A stretch of DNA of 62,047 nucleotides, filler included, from Squatina squatina (Eukaryota), in NCBI GenBank assembly GCA_031763465.1. It is 4 parts of 4 records of this genome, joined end to end, with 100 filler letters (N's around TTAATTAATTAA, not from the genome) between each part and the next. Parts side by side here need not be neighbours in the genome. Positions count along the whole stretch, not along the records: positions 1 to 14,239 come from JARFOE010000080.1; 3 more parts are not named here. The stretch is one strand, 5' to 3'. Both the position numbers and the translations under genes were made by a program. This document shows, piece by piece, positions 1 through 12,697 of the stretch. The notes under the pieces are model-generated. The model was not told the origin of the DNA. It did not search any database and saw only the letters and a list, made by a program, of their open reading frames with translations. The stretch's first letter is position 1. Each line of letters opens with the position of its first letter.

Positions 1-405
1 CACAGTCATAGCTGCAGGATCTGCATCGGAACCAGATGTTCCTGAAACTGAGACAAAAAGTTGCAACCGATCAAAGCACAGAGGCACAGTGACAGATCAG
101 AACCAAGGCAGACACTAGCAGGATGTCAGCAGGAATGATCTAAAATATGAATCAAAGAGAGATGACAATGATTGCTGATCTGCTGACAGAGCTCAGTTCT
201 CCTTTCAGTGCAAATGGCTTTTAGAGTTTGACAGTAAAAGTGTACTATGTTTAGAATGCACATGTGTGTGGTCTGATAACTGTGGAAATATTTTATCATA
301 TTTCCGTGAGTCTGAGCTCAAATTGTTCAGCCGCTTTCCTGCTAAACCCACAGTGCGATTCAAGCCTCCACTTCACGTTATTTTGCGTCCTCAGTTGTGC
401 TGCAA

Positions 406-825
406 GAGAATCATAAAGCACAAAAGGAGGCCATTCGGTCTATCATNNNNNNNNNNGTGCCAGCTCTTTGAAAGAGCTATCCACTTGTCCCACTTCCTGT
501 TCATTTTCCATAGCCCTGCAATGTTTCCTTTTTAAGTATTTATCCAATTTCCTTTTGTGCGTTATTATTGAATCTGCTTCCACCACCCTTTCAGGCAGTG
601 CGTTCCAGATCACAACAACACGCTATGTAAAGAAAAATAATTCCCTCATCTCTACCCTGGTTCTTTTTCCAACCTGGTTACTGATCCCTCTTGCCAGTAG
701 AAACAATTTTTCTTTACCTACTCTACCAAAACCCTTTGTAATGTTGAATACTTCTATTAAACCTCCACTTAACGCTCTGTGATCTAAGGAGAACAATCCC
801 ATCTTCTCCAGTCTCTTCATATCAA
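406..825 (-). mobile_element. CR1-clade LINE, degenerate 3' end (ORF2 C-terminus and tail)
   Basis: Minus translation RLEKMGLFSLDHRALSGGLIEVFNITKGFGRVGKEKLF matches the CR1 ORF2 C-terminal motif (RL..LGLFSLE.RRLRGDLIEVFKI.KGFDRV..EKLFP); typical tail at 406-445. Confidence 0.85.
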
Positions 826-1434
826 GGAGCCAAGTGAAAAGCAGAATCTTCCCCACTGGGATAGGGGCGGGATGGAGAGATCACACAACATATCACCCCT
901 GGGCCGATCACACGTGATTCCTGGTCCACCCGATGTTAGTAATGACCCAGGTGAGGCTCCATCCCTATCTAGCAATTTTGGCAGCAGAAGAATGAGCCCT
1001 GGGGGATTACAAGTTGGGGGAAGAAAAGTGTGGTCCTCACTATAAATAAATTAGATTTAAAATAGATTTTACAAAGCTATCTTTTCAATTTTAACTTCTA
1101 AGATTTTGCTGAACTATTGAAGCAGATAAAGTAGAAAGTGTCTAAGAACATGGTGTTGTATATTATAATATAGAATTACTAAAACATGACTTTAACTTGG
1201 AAGTTACTCAGTTTGCCAAACATTTAAGAAATTGTTGATTCCTGAAAATACGTGACAATGATCATTTTTTCTCAGGAGTATCTTGAACATCAAAAGACCT
1301 TTTTTTTTAATTTTAAATACATACCCCAGTCTGTAACTTTACCACTTGTTGATTTTTGGCTTGTTTTATGCTGCTTTTGTCCCCTTGGTTTCACACAACT
1401 TTGTTGAGGGTAGTTGGTCAGGTCACTGAGCCAA

Positions 1435-1662
1435 AAGAAAGAAAGAAAGAACTTGCATTAATCTAGCACCTTTCCTGACCTCAGGGCATCCAAAAGCGCG
1501 TTAGAGCGAATGAAGTAGTTTTGAATTATCGTCACTGCTGTAATCTAGGGTAATGCAGCAGCCAATGGTCCCATAAACAGCAATAAGATAATGATCACAT
1601 AATATGTTCCTTTATTGATGTTGGTTGAGGAATAAATATTTGTCAAGACATTGGGGAGAACT
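1435..1662 (-). mobile_element. Deu-domain (SacSINE1/AmnSINE-like) SINE, 3' part
   Basis: Reverse complement resembles the copy at 58030-58395, ending ...tgcaagttctttctttcttt. Confidence 0.7.
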
Positions 1663-2569
1663 TCAAAACGGACGGCAGTAAATGGGCAGCCTTTTTTTCA
1701 CCCGACTGATTTTCTTTTCTACTGATATTTTAGGAAAAGAGAATTNNNNNNNNNNNNNNNNNNNNNNNNNNNNNNNNNNNNNNNNNNNNNNNNNNNNNNN
1801 NNNNNNNNNNNNNNNNNNNNNNNNNNNNNNNNNNNNNNNNNNNNNCGTCTGAGGGTTGATGGGAGGCTTGGCCATGGCTCCTAATGCTAATGGAATTTTC
1901 ATGGCTTTGAAAACTGTGAGCAGTTCAAAGCTTGACCTTTTTAACAAAAGGATATTGGGGAAATATTGAACTGTTCTTTTCTTCATTCACACCACCACAT
2001 TGATGTTACTTGGCATGTCAGGGTGACAGCAGTAACATGCCATTCTCTGGACTTAGTATTCTGCTGTGATTTTTTATTACTTTATAGTTATAAGAACTGT
2101 GCACAAGATTACACTCTCTGCTTTTTTATCACTGTATAAAAAAAAATTCTCTGACCCCTGCTTTACACTCACTCTCCCAGCNNNNNNNNNNTCTTACTCG
2201 CTATCTTGACTTCAATAGTAGTTGAATCCACAAGGAAAAATATCAGTTATGCTTCTCATTGCCTGTAACATAGGTGAAAATTCACTTTTGAACTTTATTT
2301 GGGGTTTTCATCTGTGGTAGGGAGCATGAAAAAGTAATCCTGTGTTGTGACTCAGCTGTCATGAAGACCAACACTTATTTTTTATAGTTTGGATTTTCAG
2401 ACACATTTAATTATCAATTTTATATTGAGCAGCATTGAAAAGATACAGGATATTGTAGAAAAATAGCCAAATCAAATTTGTGCTTGCCATTTTGAGTTGT
2501 ATTTGAATGCAGCTTTTAACCTATCCCATTGTCTAACCGTGCCAGCTGATATTGTAAATGGCTCCCTGT

Positions 2570-2900
2570 CATCAAACCACTCTTTAAAAATTCACCCTCG
2601 ATCACTCTGCCCTACAAACTACCACCCCATCTCTAACCTCCCTTTCCTCTCCAAAGTTCTTTAACATGTTGTTGCCTCTTAAATCCATGCCCACCTTTGC
2701 AAATCTCTTTCCAATCAGGATTCCACCCACGTCGCAGCACTGAAACTGCCTCTATCAAAGTCACAAATGACATCCTCTGTGACTATAGCTGTGGTGCACT
2801 ATCTCTCTGCACCTTTCTCGACCTCTCTGCAGCCTTTGACATAGCAGAGCACACCACCCTTGTCTAATGCTTTTCCTCAGTTGCGCAGTGGAAATGCCTG
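2570..2900 (+). mobile_element. L2-clade LINE reverse transcriptase fragment (pseudogenic)
   Basis: Translates to NYHPISNLPFLSKVL*HVVAS...QSGFHPRRSTETASIKVTNDIL...LDLSAAFD, a classic L2/CR1 RT segment with stops and frameshifts. Confidence 0.85.
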
Positions 2901-3010
2901 AACTTAATTTNNNNNNNNNNNNNNNNNNNNNNNNNNNNNNNNNNNNNNNNNNNNNNNNNNNNNNNNNNNNNNNNNNNNNNNNNNNNNNNNNNNNNNNNNN
3001 NNNNNNNNNN

Positions 3011-3190
3011 TCTCACTGGCCCCAGGTGGCTGGCGAGCAGCCTATGGGGCTGCAACTGCTGCCTGCAGCTCACTGGTAATGGCCAAATCAAGCTGGTCGA
3101 TCAATTTGCTCCAAGCCTTCCTGTCGACGTGCAGCGTGCTCAGTAACCGGAGTCGCTCCCCGATCCAGGCACAATCCAATTTCTAGGCCT
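3011..3190. mobile_element. GC-rich MITE/non-autonomous DNA transposon end
   Basis: Ends in tccaatttctaggcc, identical to the end of the segment at 7423-7558; CpG-rich against an AT-rich background. Confidence 0.45.
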
Positions 3191-5017
3191 GTGATTGTAG
3201 TGTCTGCCATGAATAAAATGTCCGTTGGGAGTAGCTGACAATTTTCTCCTTTTCTCTTTGTTTAGATGCATTGTTTCTTCTCATTGATTAACTTGGTTCC
3301 CGGAATCCAGCTGCAGTAGTCGCTCTGTATCAATATGTCTTCAAGTAAATTATTCACTAAAGTAGCTGCCATAATTCATTCTCAAGTTTCTGTTTTGAAA
3401 GTTAATACTTACAGCAAGCAATAGATATTTACATTAAAACCAATAGCAGATAGCAAGAACATCTCATTTTTAACATTTTCATTCAACCAAGGTCAGACTT
3501 TTGTCTGTGTTTCCTTTCGACAGGTCAATACTGACCACTCACTTACAACCAGTCGGATGGAATTTTGCCCTCAGCTGAAGTCTCATAGCTCATATTGTTT
3601 CAACCTATATTTGGACCTCTGATTCAACACTTGAGCAGTAAAACATTCCAAATACTGATAGCATGATGTAAAAAATAGTTAGAATGTTTGTTTAAAAGAA
3701 TTGTTAATTAAAGAATGTAGTAATTTGTTGGTGATAGCAACATGAAGAAACTTAAAATGGTTCGGTGACGCTCCAAGATTTTAATGGATATCAGTTCCCT
3801 GCCTGTAAAAACCTTTTAAAATGATAGATGACAGATAGAGATCTATTCTGATATTTTTGTCTAATAATGAAACCAGTGCTGCATGACATTCATTAATTTG
3901 AATATTAACTGTTGAGAAGGATGAATGCATTCAGAGGNNNNNNNNNNNNNNNNNNNNNNNNNNNNNNNNNNNNNNNNNNNNNNNNNNNNNNNNNNNNNNN
4001 NNNNNNNNNNNNNNNNNNNNNNNNNNNNNNNNNNNNNCTAGACCTTTATTAGCCACCACAATCTTTAGCAAGCGTTTTCTAAAATATAATTCTCGTGCTG
4101 TCACCTCGCAATGGAGCTGGTCTATTCACATAAATTACTTATATGCAAGGTGCTAATGAAGATATTACAGTCCCTGACTCCCAATTACAAAACCATTTCT
4201 TATGCAGAAACTTTTCTGTGGGTGTAAATCACCAGAGAGTATTTTTCTTTGCAGAGAAAGTGTGGGCGTCAGGTGTTACAACTGTTCGGAAGTAAGTTTT
4301 TCGCCCCTCTCTTGCTGAGCTGCAATGTGACTGAAATGGAAAGACTCAAGCATTGCCAGAGAATGTGTCCACAATCCAGGCTGGAAATACTCACACTGCA
4401 GCCTATACCATAATTGCTGAAATTATAAGTTATTATTGTGGTTATTTAAAGAAAAATAAAAGTGCAGAACTAGTTCGGCTTTGCTGAGTGTATTTTGTAA
4501 AATGTTTTTGACATGTTTAAATGTGCAGCACTTCTGCTCCTTCAGTTGTGTTGCGGTTTGATAAAATTGAACAGCATATGTGGATCTGTGGCCCATCTAT
4601 GTTGCAAAATCATATATTCTTTATCAGCTTTAGTGTAAGCAAGGCATATTGGATTCCACCTTGGTCTTGTGTGTTTTCATGGAAATTATTTTCAAAAATT
4701 CCTGGGCAAAATGTGCAGCCTTGTTTACACCAACTGCTCTCCGTTCTCAATACCTCTGTAAGCAATTAAAGACATGGATGGATGTTGAACCAACTGGCAT
4801 GGTCATCAATCAAATTACAGAGCTTCTGACCTTCTCGCAGGTAAAAGAAGTCAAAATCAGATCATAAGTACTGACACTGTCAATGGGAAATTTAAACATT
4901 TTACACAAAGAATATAAATTCCTATCTTTGACTTTTCACTGTAGTGTAAATACCAAATTGAAGTGCCAATCCATAGATTATAAAAAACAATGAATAGCAC
5001 TGAATAAGTAATATAGG

Positions 5018-5447
5018 TACGGCAGCATAGTGGTTATGTTATAGGGCTAGTAATCTGGTAGGGCTGGACGAATGATCTAGTGATATGAGTTCAAATCCCA
5101 CCACGGCAACTGTGGAATTTAAATTCAGTAAAGAAGTAAATCTGGAATAAAATGCTAGTACCAATAATGGTGACTATGAAACTTCCAGATTATTGTAAAA
5201 ACCCATCTGGTTCATTAATGCCTTTTAGGGAAGGAAATCTGCCGTCCTTACCTGGTCTGGCCTGTATGTGACTTCAGACCCACAGCAATGTGGCTGACTC
5301 TTAACTGCTCTCTGAAATAGCCTAGCGAGCCACTCAGTTGTCAAGAAGGCAGTTCACCGCCACCTTCTCAAGTGCAATTAGTGATGGGCAATAAATGCTG
5401 GCCTTGTCGGCGACATTCACATCCCAGGAACGCATAAATTTCAAAAA
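5018..5447 (+). mobile_element. tRNA-derived SINE, near full length, with LINE-derived 3' tail
   Basis: A-box-like agcatagtgg and B-box gagttcaaatcc in the head; tail caccttctcaagtgcaattagtgatgggcaataaatgctggcc...aaaaa recalled as a common shark repeat end. Confidence 0.75.
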
Positions 5448-6179
5448 GAACTTGAACCGTGCAAAGGTTATACAAGGCCAATATCTTTTCCTCTTTTTCA
5501 GAGGAGAAAGTGCAAATACAGCTCCCACTAGCATGAACTGTGAAGTTATGTATCTTTCAGGCTTCTGCACACTTGAATTACAATAACTTAGCCTCATCCT
5601 ATGAGAACCACTTCCATGAACATCATGGTGTCTCTCTTACCGAAAAAATCTCACTATCTTTCTGAGCTCAGATTTCAGAATAGAGGTGAGAAAAAGAAGG
5701 CAAACATCATCCCAACTGTGGAAATTTGATTTGCGTTACAGACCCCATACTTACCCAGAAAGTCTCAAGCCTACGTTTTGCTCAAAAAAAATTGCTCAAA
5801 ATCATATTGTGAGATTGTGCAGCCAATCTTAAAGGCAGAGGGGGCTAAATTTGATAGCCCCTGAAAGCAGGCATGGGAATTGTGATGCATGATTAACCCA
5901 TGCCCAATTATTCTGACACAGGCAGCATGCAAACTTCGTACTGCCTGATAATTATAATGATTGCTACATTGAGGTAGCTCTGAGCATACGGTTGAGTGAC
6001 TATACGCCTCAGCAGCGGGCCCAAGTTTGTGTGAGGCTAGCTCTACTTAAATCCAGCCTGCACTACTTAGAGCCAGCCTGCACCCCTTAAAGGGAAGGAA
6101 CATTCTGGCTGGAGCAGGTGCTAGAAGTGGCTGGGGAAGAGAGTCTGACTTGCAAGAAGAGTGACTAATAGTGTAAAAG

Positions 6180-6410
6180 GGAGGAGAGCGTGCTCCCATG
6201 TTCTAAGACGCTGCACTAGAGGCTTTGGTGGAGGAAGTGGACAGGAGGAGAGGGGACCTCTATACACAGGGGGCTAGGAAGCTGAAAAGACAGGTGCTGA
6301 GAAGGGAATGGGAGCAGATAGCCATCACTGAATGCAAGCTGTGTAGCTCCGAGGAGCTAGGTGCAGTGCAGGAAGAAGATGTCCAATGATCTCACCTGAG
6401 TGGTCAAGGT
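6180..6410 (+). mobile_element. PIF/Harbinger Myb/SANT-like (MSANTD) DNA-binding ORF, decayed; element probably begins near 5841
   Basis: ERAPMF*DAALEALVEEVDRRRGDLY...RREWEQIA / NASCVAPRS*VQCRKK..NDL fits the trihelix Myb/SANT pattern (stops and frameshifts present); upstream ggggctaaatttg is TIR-like. Confidence 0.75.
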
Positions 6411-6889
6411 CATTGAATTCATCTGCAAATTTGCTAACTCACCAATGCACAACTGGTCTCNNNNNNNNNNNNNNNNNNNNNNNNNNNNNNNNNNNNNNNN
6501 NNNNNNNNNNNNNNNNNNNNNNNNNNNNNNNNNNNNNNNNNNNNNNNNNNNNNNNNNNNNGCATCGTCTTGATTAGTACCGTTATTCTAATCAAAAGGCT
6601 GATAATTAAGATCATCCATCTGTGGAGTTCTAAGTGCTAACTAGAGCTGAAGAACAAATTAACATTATTTAGGTGTTACTTAAGCACTGTCACTTGCTAA
6701 TCATATCAGCAGATATATATGATTTCCATTAATATGGTGGTGTTACTGATGCTAACTGCTATTAAGGATATTATGGAATTTAGAGCATAGATGAAAATAA
6801 AGATTCATTTCAATCCAGCACTATTATTGCCGGAGCCAATAAATTAAAATGGATCTCTTTGGTTGCAATTTTATAAACCAGTCATTTTT

Positions 6890-6908
6890 TGTGTGTGTGT
6901 GTGTGTGT
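6890..6908. repeat. (TG)n microsatellite
   Basis: Direct reading. Confidence 0.9.
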
Positions 6909-7422
6909 CAATTTGAAAGGACTTTGTCAATAGTTAGGTGTCTTTCTCATTCCCTGACTGTTGAAAAAATGGATGAATGTCTGGTGATTTGACAACTGTT
7001 CAACAGATTATTGGCACTCCCTCTCTATTGAGGAAGACATCATGCTGCTAAGGCCTTGTTCAGAACAGAATGTACAAAATTTTCAGTGAGCAAAACGCAC
7101 TGCCATTGATTAGTTTGTGGCAGAATCCAGCCAGCATATGCTTGCTGAAACAGTGGGTTTCCATGGCTACATATGTGCAGCAAAACTTTTTCTACTAACC
7201 TCATCAGTCATAAACAAGACCAACGACACTGTAGCCAAACCTTGTGAAACTGAACCCTCATCTCATGCAAGTCATTTTCTTTTTCAATAGAGAGGGACTG
7301 TTGAACTACCACTGAAATAATGNNNNNNNNNNNNNNNNNNNNNNNNNNNNNNNNNNNNNNNNNNNNNNNNNNNNNNNNNNNNNNNNNNNNNNNNNNNNNN
7401 NNNNNNNNNNNNNNNNNNNNNN

Positions 7423-7558
7423 CACGCCCGGGCAGAACTGCTGATCGATGCAACCTGGGCCTGAAGGCATACCAATTGGGGCCCCTTAGTCCTTGAAATA
7501 GGCCCCTGTTGTGTATGTCCACAAAACACGTGCAAAATTCAGTCCAATTTCTAGGCCT
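7423..7558. mobile_element. MITE-like element end
   Basis: Terminal tccaatttctaggcc shared with 3176-3190. Confidence 0.4.
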
Positions 7559-7600
7559 ACATGTATAGTTTACAATTGTTTGCCAACTACAACACTCAAA

Positions 7601-8090
7601 GGGGGAGCAATTCGCATTGTTTGCACCTCCCGTTGGCACCGCTGGGGGCACTAATGGGCTTAAATGATTTCTCGCCCAGGGCACGGGGCTGCTACCGCCT
7701 CTCGCGAAATTCCGTGGGAGTTAGTGGAGGTGCAAACCGGCAGTGCCCTGCTCCCACCAGTAGTGCCCCAGGCTGCTGCTGCTGCGCCAGTGATGATGAT
7801 ATCATCGTCGTGTACAGTGACCCGCTTTCGCCCCAGAGCAGAAATTCTATAGCACCTCGTGGGCGATATTTGTGCCAGCCTTGCAGGTTGCAAACTGGGT
7901 CGCATTCTGCTCGCCTAAAATTAAAGAGGAGCTGTGTGGTGCCATTTTCTTTTTACTGGCTGACTTATCGGTTGTGGACTTGCGTTGAAGATTTTGCGGG
8001 GTTTTTGCCGCCATGTTGCAGCCCGGGCCCAGGAAGCCCCGCCTCGCCTCAGTTACCACCCCCAAATGGGGTGTTACCAAATTTAGGCCC
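7601..8090. mobile_element. Non-autonomous Harbinger-type element (MITE)
   Basis: CpG-rich island. The right end ctcgcctcagttaccacccccaaatggggtgttaccaaatttaggccc matches 19551-19601. Internal tgctaccgcctc...gggagttagtggagg matches the reverse complement of 42230-42275. Confidence 0.65.
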
Positions 8091-8734
8091 TGAAATGTTT
8101 TAAGAATTGTATGCCAATTTGAGAGCATACGCTGCTCTTCTTCTGGATCAGGAATAAGTGTTTTGTTACAATCACTTAACATCTTATATAAATTAAGGCT
8201 GTTTATATAACAGAACAATATTAAAGTTGATTCAATGATAAAAGGAAGTTAAAAGTCACAAAACAGAGATGTTCATATTTTCCTTTCCTACTGCTCTGTC
8301 ATTAAGCAGTCCTGGGAAGAATACATAGAGAAAAGCCGGTGTGGAGGGGCAGCCACTTATACAAAGTCCACCTGATTTGCTGTCCATTATTTCCCTGTCC
8401 AACCCATTTAAACCTCTGTTTACTCCGCCCAAAGCAATCGATTATGCCCAAGCAGTAAAAGGAAATTCTACCACTAGAATTTCAGGGATTAAGGCCGCTA
8501 AATTGTGACACTCCGCTCTTGGCATGGAGTCTCTCTTGAGTGGAGTGCAGATTGGAGACTGAATACAGAGATCAGTGCATGTGATTTGCAGCACTCCTGA
8601 TTCTCCTGTTGCTGATTTTAATGGCAGGATAATTGAGTGCTTTGCAAATCAAATCTTCTGCATAAATCGCAACATTGAAAAAGTTACCCCCAATATAAAT
8701 TCATTCCAAGTGGTTTGGATTTCTAATTAAACTA

Positions 8735-9015
8735 AAGAAAGGAAGGAAGAAAATCAATCTTTCATTGATATAGTGCCTAATTACATCTCTCAGCAATGTC
8801 TCAAAGTGCTTCAAACAATGAATTGAATTACTTTTGAAGTCAGCAACCATTGTTAAGTTGCCAAAAGCACAGCTATTCTGTGCACAGCAAGGTCCCACAA
8901 AGAACAATGAGATGGATGATCAGTTAATCTGTTTTGAGTATTATGCTAGTCAGATCACAAGGAGAAATTTTGCTCATCTTCAAATAATACCATTGATGTT
9001 TAACATTCACCACTG
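8735..9015 (-). mobile_element. Deu-domain SINE, degenerate
   Basis: tgtctcaaagtgcttc...ctgtgcacagcaaggtcccacaaagaacaatgag is the reverse complement of the Deu core and tail seen at 58030-58395. Confidence 0.7.
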
Positions 9016-9871
9016 AATAGATTAGACTTTCCTAGATTTACTATTGATTTGTGACTTCTTAGTTGGACCTTGAATTGATTATTTCTTGATTATTTTTTAT
9101 TCACTGTAGCTTGCAACTGAGGAGATATGTCACTCAACATTTAAAAGCGCCATTGCCTTTCTGTTTCTCTCAATTGGCCAGAATTTTGACATCTTGCTTC
9201 CATTTATCTCTGCATCAGATTGGTCACCAGTGCAAACCTTCTTCCTCCCATACACGTATTGAACAGGGAGCATTGTCCCTTAATCTGATTGGACTAATTG
9301 GGTGAACAAACAATGATTGGGATTTCTGAAGAACACTCATGGACTAAATTTACTCTCGCTTTTCTGTGATTTGTTGAAAAGCATGTGCTAAGGAATAGAA
9401 TTCAAAGGAACTAATCATTTATCCAATTATCTGGTCTGGTACTTCTTTTAGTCGGATTATTAAGCAACATGAAAGCAGGATGCAGCTTCAGACAAGTACA
9501 AGAAGAATGGATGTCTCACAAATGTGACCGTAGTGATTGCTGAGACTGCTGAAAATTCATTAAGCTAATCACTTCAACCCACAGAATTGCTACATTCAAA
9601 GAATCAAAGAAACTGTTTTCAGGACTAGTAAAAAGGTAAACGGTTGTACAAATTACAGTTCAGAGGCTTTGTTACAGAAGCATTTGATGTTTCCACTGAG
9701 AAACTAATCAAACAGACACACGGAATAACTGGAAAATTCCAGAATGTAATGAGGAGCTCCCCTTGATAAACTACATGGGCCAGTAGCAATCCCACCCAAA
9801 ACAGCTATACTTCTCTACAACATATGTTATGGTATCTTTGATGAATAGATAAAATAGCAATATCACCTATG

Positions 9872-9922
9872 CAAAAGGTAAAATACTGCAGATGCTGGAA
9901 ATCTGAAATATAAACAGAAAGT
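9872..9922. mobile_element. Penelope-like terminal-repeat fragment
   Basis: aaatactgcagatgctggaaatctgaaatataaacagaaa; related to 54643-54690 and continuous with the reverse complement of 29080-29163. Confidence 0.55.
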
Positions 9923-12645
9923 NNNNNNNNNNNNNNNNNNNNNNNNNNNNNNNNNNNNNNNNNNNNNNNNNNNNNNNNNNNNNNNNNNNNNNNNNNNNNN
10001 NNNNNNNNNNNNNNNNNNNNNNTGAATTAATGAAGTTTGGGAGATTCTGTTGGTTAAGTGGCATGCTAGCTGCTTGGGATGTGTTGGAGGATCATTAAAA
10101 AGTGTCATTATTGGTTATATTTGTTCATTACCACGAGCAAAATGCTTCCCGCAGGAGTCACTCTTTCCAATTATATTCATTCCCATGTTTCGTTACTGAT
10201 TAGCAAAGAAAATCAGGCCTCCCTTGAATTTTTCACGGAAAGAGGAATTTCACACCCCTGGTGAATTATCCCAATCTGCTCCAACTTGGATCAATTTGAA
10301 ATTGAAATTCAATACTTTCCCCTTGTGTCTTTAATTCATTAAAATGTTTCCACATGCTATTACCATTTGTTCAATACACTTCAGTTGAGCAAAGTAAAAG
10401 ACCAGCGGACTGTTTACATGGATTTATTTATTGCAATAATGAAATATTAACATGGGAAATATGCAGATAAGACAACATATTTTCTTGCTGACAGGAATGT
10501 GCAAATAGGGACAGGAAATTAAGCAGGGAGTGCTTTTCACTGCATCCTTTCAAACTGGCCTAAACTCCCCTTGCAAAAGGTGTATTAAAGCTTAATTTAA
10601 ATATTAAAATGATTGCAAATTGAATGGTAAAGAGTGCTAACACGATTCTTCACTTTTCTCACAGGCAGTTCACTCTTGCATTTAGGTTCCCAGGGAAAAT
10701 GGGCAATGCATCAACTCTTAAAGGATAACAGATTTTTTGTTGCGTTATTTTTGAGAGTTTGGTTTGTGATTGCTGGGTACTTTGGTGCTTTTGTCCACTG
10801 CATTTGTTTGGCCAGAACTTTAGGTGCAAAATTTTGATTACCAGTTAAAATTTTAGATATTGGAATGCTTTTTTGGTATGCCTCTATTTTTGTGTTTTTC
10901 AGGAGGAAGAGTAGGATGAGTACAGGAGCNNNNNNNNNNNNNNNNNNNNNNNNNNNNNNNNNNNNNNNNNNNNNNNNNNNNNNNNNNNNNNNNNNNNNNN
11001 NNNNNNNNNNNNNNNNNNNNNNNNNNNNNGTGCTGAAGGGCAAGGAAAGAAACCTATCTGACTAGGTCAGAATTGCATTATGTGTGCTGGAGTGTTATGA
11101 TATCATTGCACCCTACAGTTGCTTTCCAGTCAAGAAGAGTTACTGGTGAACCATTTGGGGCAGCCTGATCCTGCAGCAATGTTGCACATGCTCAAAAACT
11201 GAAGGCTTACCCCTCAATAGTGAGAGGCCTGATGATAACTACTGAAGGAGGGGTTTACTTCTCTGAAAGAAACCAGCAGCATACCAGCTATACTTTAAAA
11301 AAAAACTTGCCATTATCTACTTATTTTGTTTGAATGGGTCATTACAACTATTGGTGCATGCTACTTGGTTACCAAATGCCGGGTAATAAATAAGATATTT
11401 TAAAATATCAAACAGGTCAGTCCTAGAGTCCTTGCATATAGTTTGTAGCTGTAATGTTGAATCAGTGTTGATTCTTTCCAAGTGCAGGTTAATAGAGAAT
11501 TCTCTTAAGGCAGATTTGAAAGACCTTTATTAAAAAATATCATCCCAAAATGCCAATGTAAATAGTCGACGAACATGTTTTTTTATTAAATAGCCCACTA
11601 AAACAACAAAAAACTAAAACAAATACAGTTTTGCCGTTCTCTCAAGATGACATCTCAGTACAGAACACAAGCTAACAGCAGCTCCGAATGCTGTTGGTTT
11701 CTCGCACTAATTTCTTCTGGCAAATTCATGAGCATAAAGTGCTATCGGATTTGAGGTATAATTCCATGAGTGAAATTGTTTGCAGTTCTCTGAGGCATCA
11801 CCATCCTCTTCACAATACAAACATTCCAATAACATTAAGGAAAATTATTTCTGAAATGGAGAATTAACGTTGTTTTGACATTGCTAATGGAAAGGTTGAT
11901 TAAGCTTGCTTACATTGTTAGGCATCGCTCTATGTTATTGTCTCAAGAATTCATCACCAGCTTGTCGCGACAGGAATTCCAACATTGCCATACAGCTTTG
12001 CAAACAATGCCACAGCCACGTAATCTCTTGTATGTGAACATAGGAGCGGTGCTAGTCATCTGACCCATTAATCTGAGTGCCTGGGCTTTGCTTCACTTCT
12101 CTTTAGTGACAGTAATGTTGATGAATTTGTGTTTTGATTACTTCATGTGTTGCTGCATGCCTCAGATAAGAGTGCCTATTTCTTGCCTGCCCACAGAAAC
12201 AGAGCCAGTTTTGCTCAACATGAGGGTGATAAGCAGAAAAAAAAAGGTGTTTGCAGTGAGGAAACAGACTCTCACTGATGGCATGTGAGATAAGGAGCCA
12301 AAGGTAGACACTCAGTAATGGTTGATGTGCTTTCCGATGGGGGTTTAGTTACAGATCTCGACAGGTAAGCACTATATGTTCATGCTGACCTATGATTCTT
12401 CCCCCCCCCACCTCCCACTTAAAACAATGAAGCCATGTTCTCATGGAATCTGTGTTGAAAAAGTGAACCTCTTTGCTAAAGTGCTATTTTCTCACAGATT
12501 ACTTACAGTCAACATTGTTTAATACGTCACAATTCTGTACATGAAGAAGAAAACAAAACTACAAAGCCACAGTTATTTTTCTGAATTCACAATTTGAAAA
12601 TGTTTGTAATTTTCCAGACTTTGATTGCAGATATACCTAAAAGCA

Positions 12646-12697
12646 TTATACATATACATATACATATATATATATATACACACATATATATATATAT
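12646..12697. repeat. (TA)n/(TACATA)n microsatellite
   Basis: Direct reading. Confidence 0.9.

Noticed and set aside
5018-5105. Possible tRNA gene (A and B boxes)
   Set aside because: No cloverleaf and no poly-T terminator; it continues into a SINE body and tail
7561-8103. 180-aa ORF and apparent CpG island or promoter
   Set aside because: Coincides with a Harbinger-type non-autonomous element
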